DNA of 64,000 bases from an uncultured Methanomicrobiales archaeon. GTDB taxonomy: Archaea; Halobacteriota; Methanomicrobia; Methanomicrobiales; Methanospirillaceae. Every line of letters begins with the position of its first letter. Positions within the stretch are counted from its first letter, which is position 1. The translations under genes and the position numbers were made by a program. Below, one piece after another: positions 62,675 to 64,000 of the stretch. The notes under the pieces are model-generated. The model did no database searches, had not been told where the DNA came from, and was given only the letters and a program-made list of their open reading frames with translations. The stretch is from contig CAVWXH010000010.1 in the NCBI GenBank assembly GCA_963758915.1, positions 129,208 to 193,207 of the forward strand. The letters run 5' to 3'.

Positions 62675-63868
62675 TCAGATCGCATCCTCGTCAACCGTGG
62701 GACACTCCCCCTTGTAGAACCAGTTCCGGTAGATTATTGGTGTAATAATCGTTGTAACGAGACTCATCAGGACAAGCGCCACGTAGATATTCTGGTCAAT
62801 GATCCCCTGCTGAAGTCCAATTAGTGCCACGATCATTGCGACCTCACCTCTTGGTGCCATACCGAACCCGACAATAAGGGAGTCTTTGGTTGACATCCCC
62901 ATCAGCTTCGCCGGTATTCCGCACCCAACCACCTTGGTAAAAATCGCTACAATGATAAGCACGATGAGGAAGATGACGATCCCGGGCGTCAGCTGGTGTA
63001 AATCAGCGAATACACCAAGCGAAACGAAAAATATCGATGCAAAGATAATCTGGAGGTATTCTGCACCCTCCTTGATATCCCGGCAGTGGGTAAGGCGGAC
63101 ACCCTCGAACGAGACTCCGCAATAAACGCCCCCACGATTGCAGAGAGGCCGGTCAGTTCTGCCATCATGGCGTAGAAAAACGCCATCATCATGGCAAAAA
63201 TAAATATAAATTCCGGGAACTTCCTTGCAAAGCGGGACCGGTCAAGGCGCTCGATATACCTGCTCACGACGAAGATGCCAAAAGCCCCGGCAAGGACAAT
63301 AAAGGCGATTGCTTTTATTATCACGAACGCAATTCCCTGCGGAGAAAAAACTCCCTCTACGACTTCTGAACTCACCGAAGAGCGACAGCGACAGCACATC
63401 ATCAATCACTGCCGCTCCGATAATCGCTTTTGCTGCATCTGTCTGGAGTTTTCCCATCTCACGGAGGACGTTTGCCGTAATTGCGATGCTCGTCGCGGTG
63501 AGCGCCGTCCCGATAAAAATCGCACTCGATGTATCGAACCCGAATGCGATGGAGATCCCATACCCGCCAATCCACGGAACAATAACCCCAACTGCTGCAA
63601 TCACCCCGTTGCGTATGCCTACGATGTCCTGGATTCTGAATTCGAGACCGATAACAAAGAGCAGGATCACCGCACCGAGATTTGCAAGGCCTGCTACGAA
63701 ATCTGTGTAAGTAATCAGGCCTAGTGCACTCGGACCGACAAGGATGCCGACGAGAATCAGCCCGATAACAGCGGACTGGTTTATTCGCGAAGCAACGAGG
63801 TAACCGGCCAGGGCCACAAAGAGTAACAGGCTCATCTGGAATACCGGTTGCATCAGGATATTTTCCAT
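62675..63868 (-). CDS. CPA2 Na+/H+ antiporter NapA-like (frameshifts ~63385, ~63115)
   Basis: ATSIAIT, AAVIDD, GMAPRGEVA across three frames. Confidence 0.88.
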
Positions 63869-64000
63869 CTATCAGGGAATGGGAATCAGACTAGAAAACC
63901 CTTTTGGATTCCCATGTATCTGGCATTATGCGAGGGTGTGGTGTTCCAACCCCAGATCCTCTCTCTCCACCAGATATTTTCACAAGAAAACCGAAACACT

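Overview
Archaeal DNA, most likely a Methanomicrobiales methanogen (Methanoregula/Methanolinea-like gene content; inferred, not searched). Bases 1-14814 are intact core genome: npdG, thioredoxin, secDF, archease-rtcB, birA-bioY-ECF with a BirA-type operator, and pycBA. An intron-containing tRNA-Met (14945-15057) follows. The remaining ~49 kb is accessory, mosaic DNA with many single-base frameshifts (probably long-read errors) and gene relics. The most unusual feature is a ~3.4 kb element next to the tRNA: a small mobile-element-type operon (Zn-finger ORFs, DUF6573-like, excisionase-type HTH) with no integrase or transposase. It is bracketed by two inverted, ~540-670 bp non-coding copies of a highly structured module showing compensatory base changes. 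Further along are a nitrosative/redox-stress cluster (hcp, two nitrite/sulfite-reductase-like proteins, cupins, HxlR) with a duplicated promoter, a direct-repeat-bounded cassette, an iteron-like array, and a Fic gene. A 13-bp motif (TTCCGGGGCTACA) heads three minus-strand non-coding units, one leading a four-gene module of unknown function. The window ends with a heavy-metal ATPase, a K+/Na+ homeostasis island with reciprocal gene relics, and a form III RuBisCO flanked by pycB/pycA and purC fragments. No CRISPR array or rRNA was seen. All assignments come from reading the sequence; no searches or folding programs were run.
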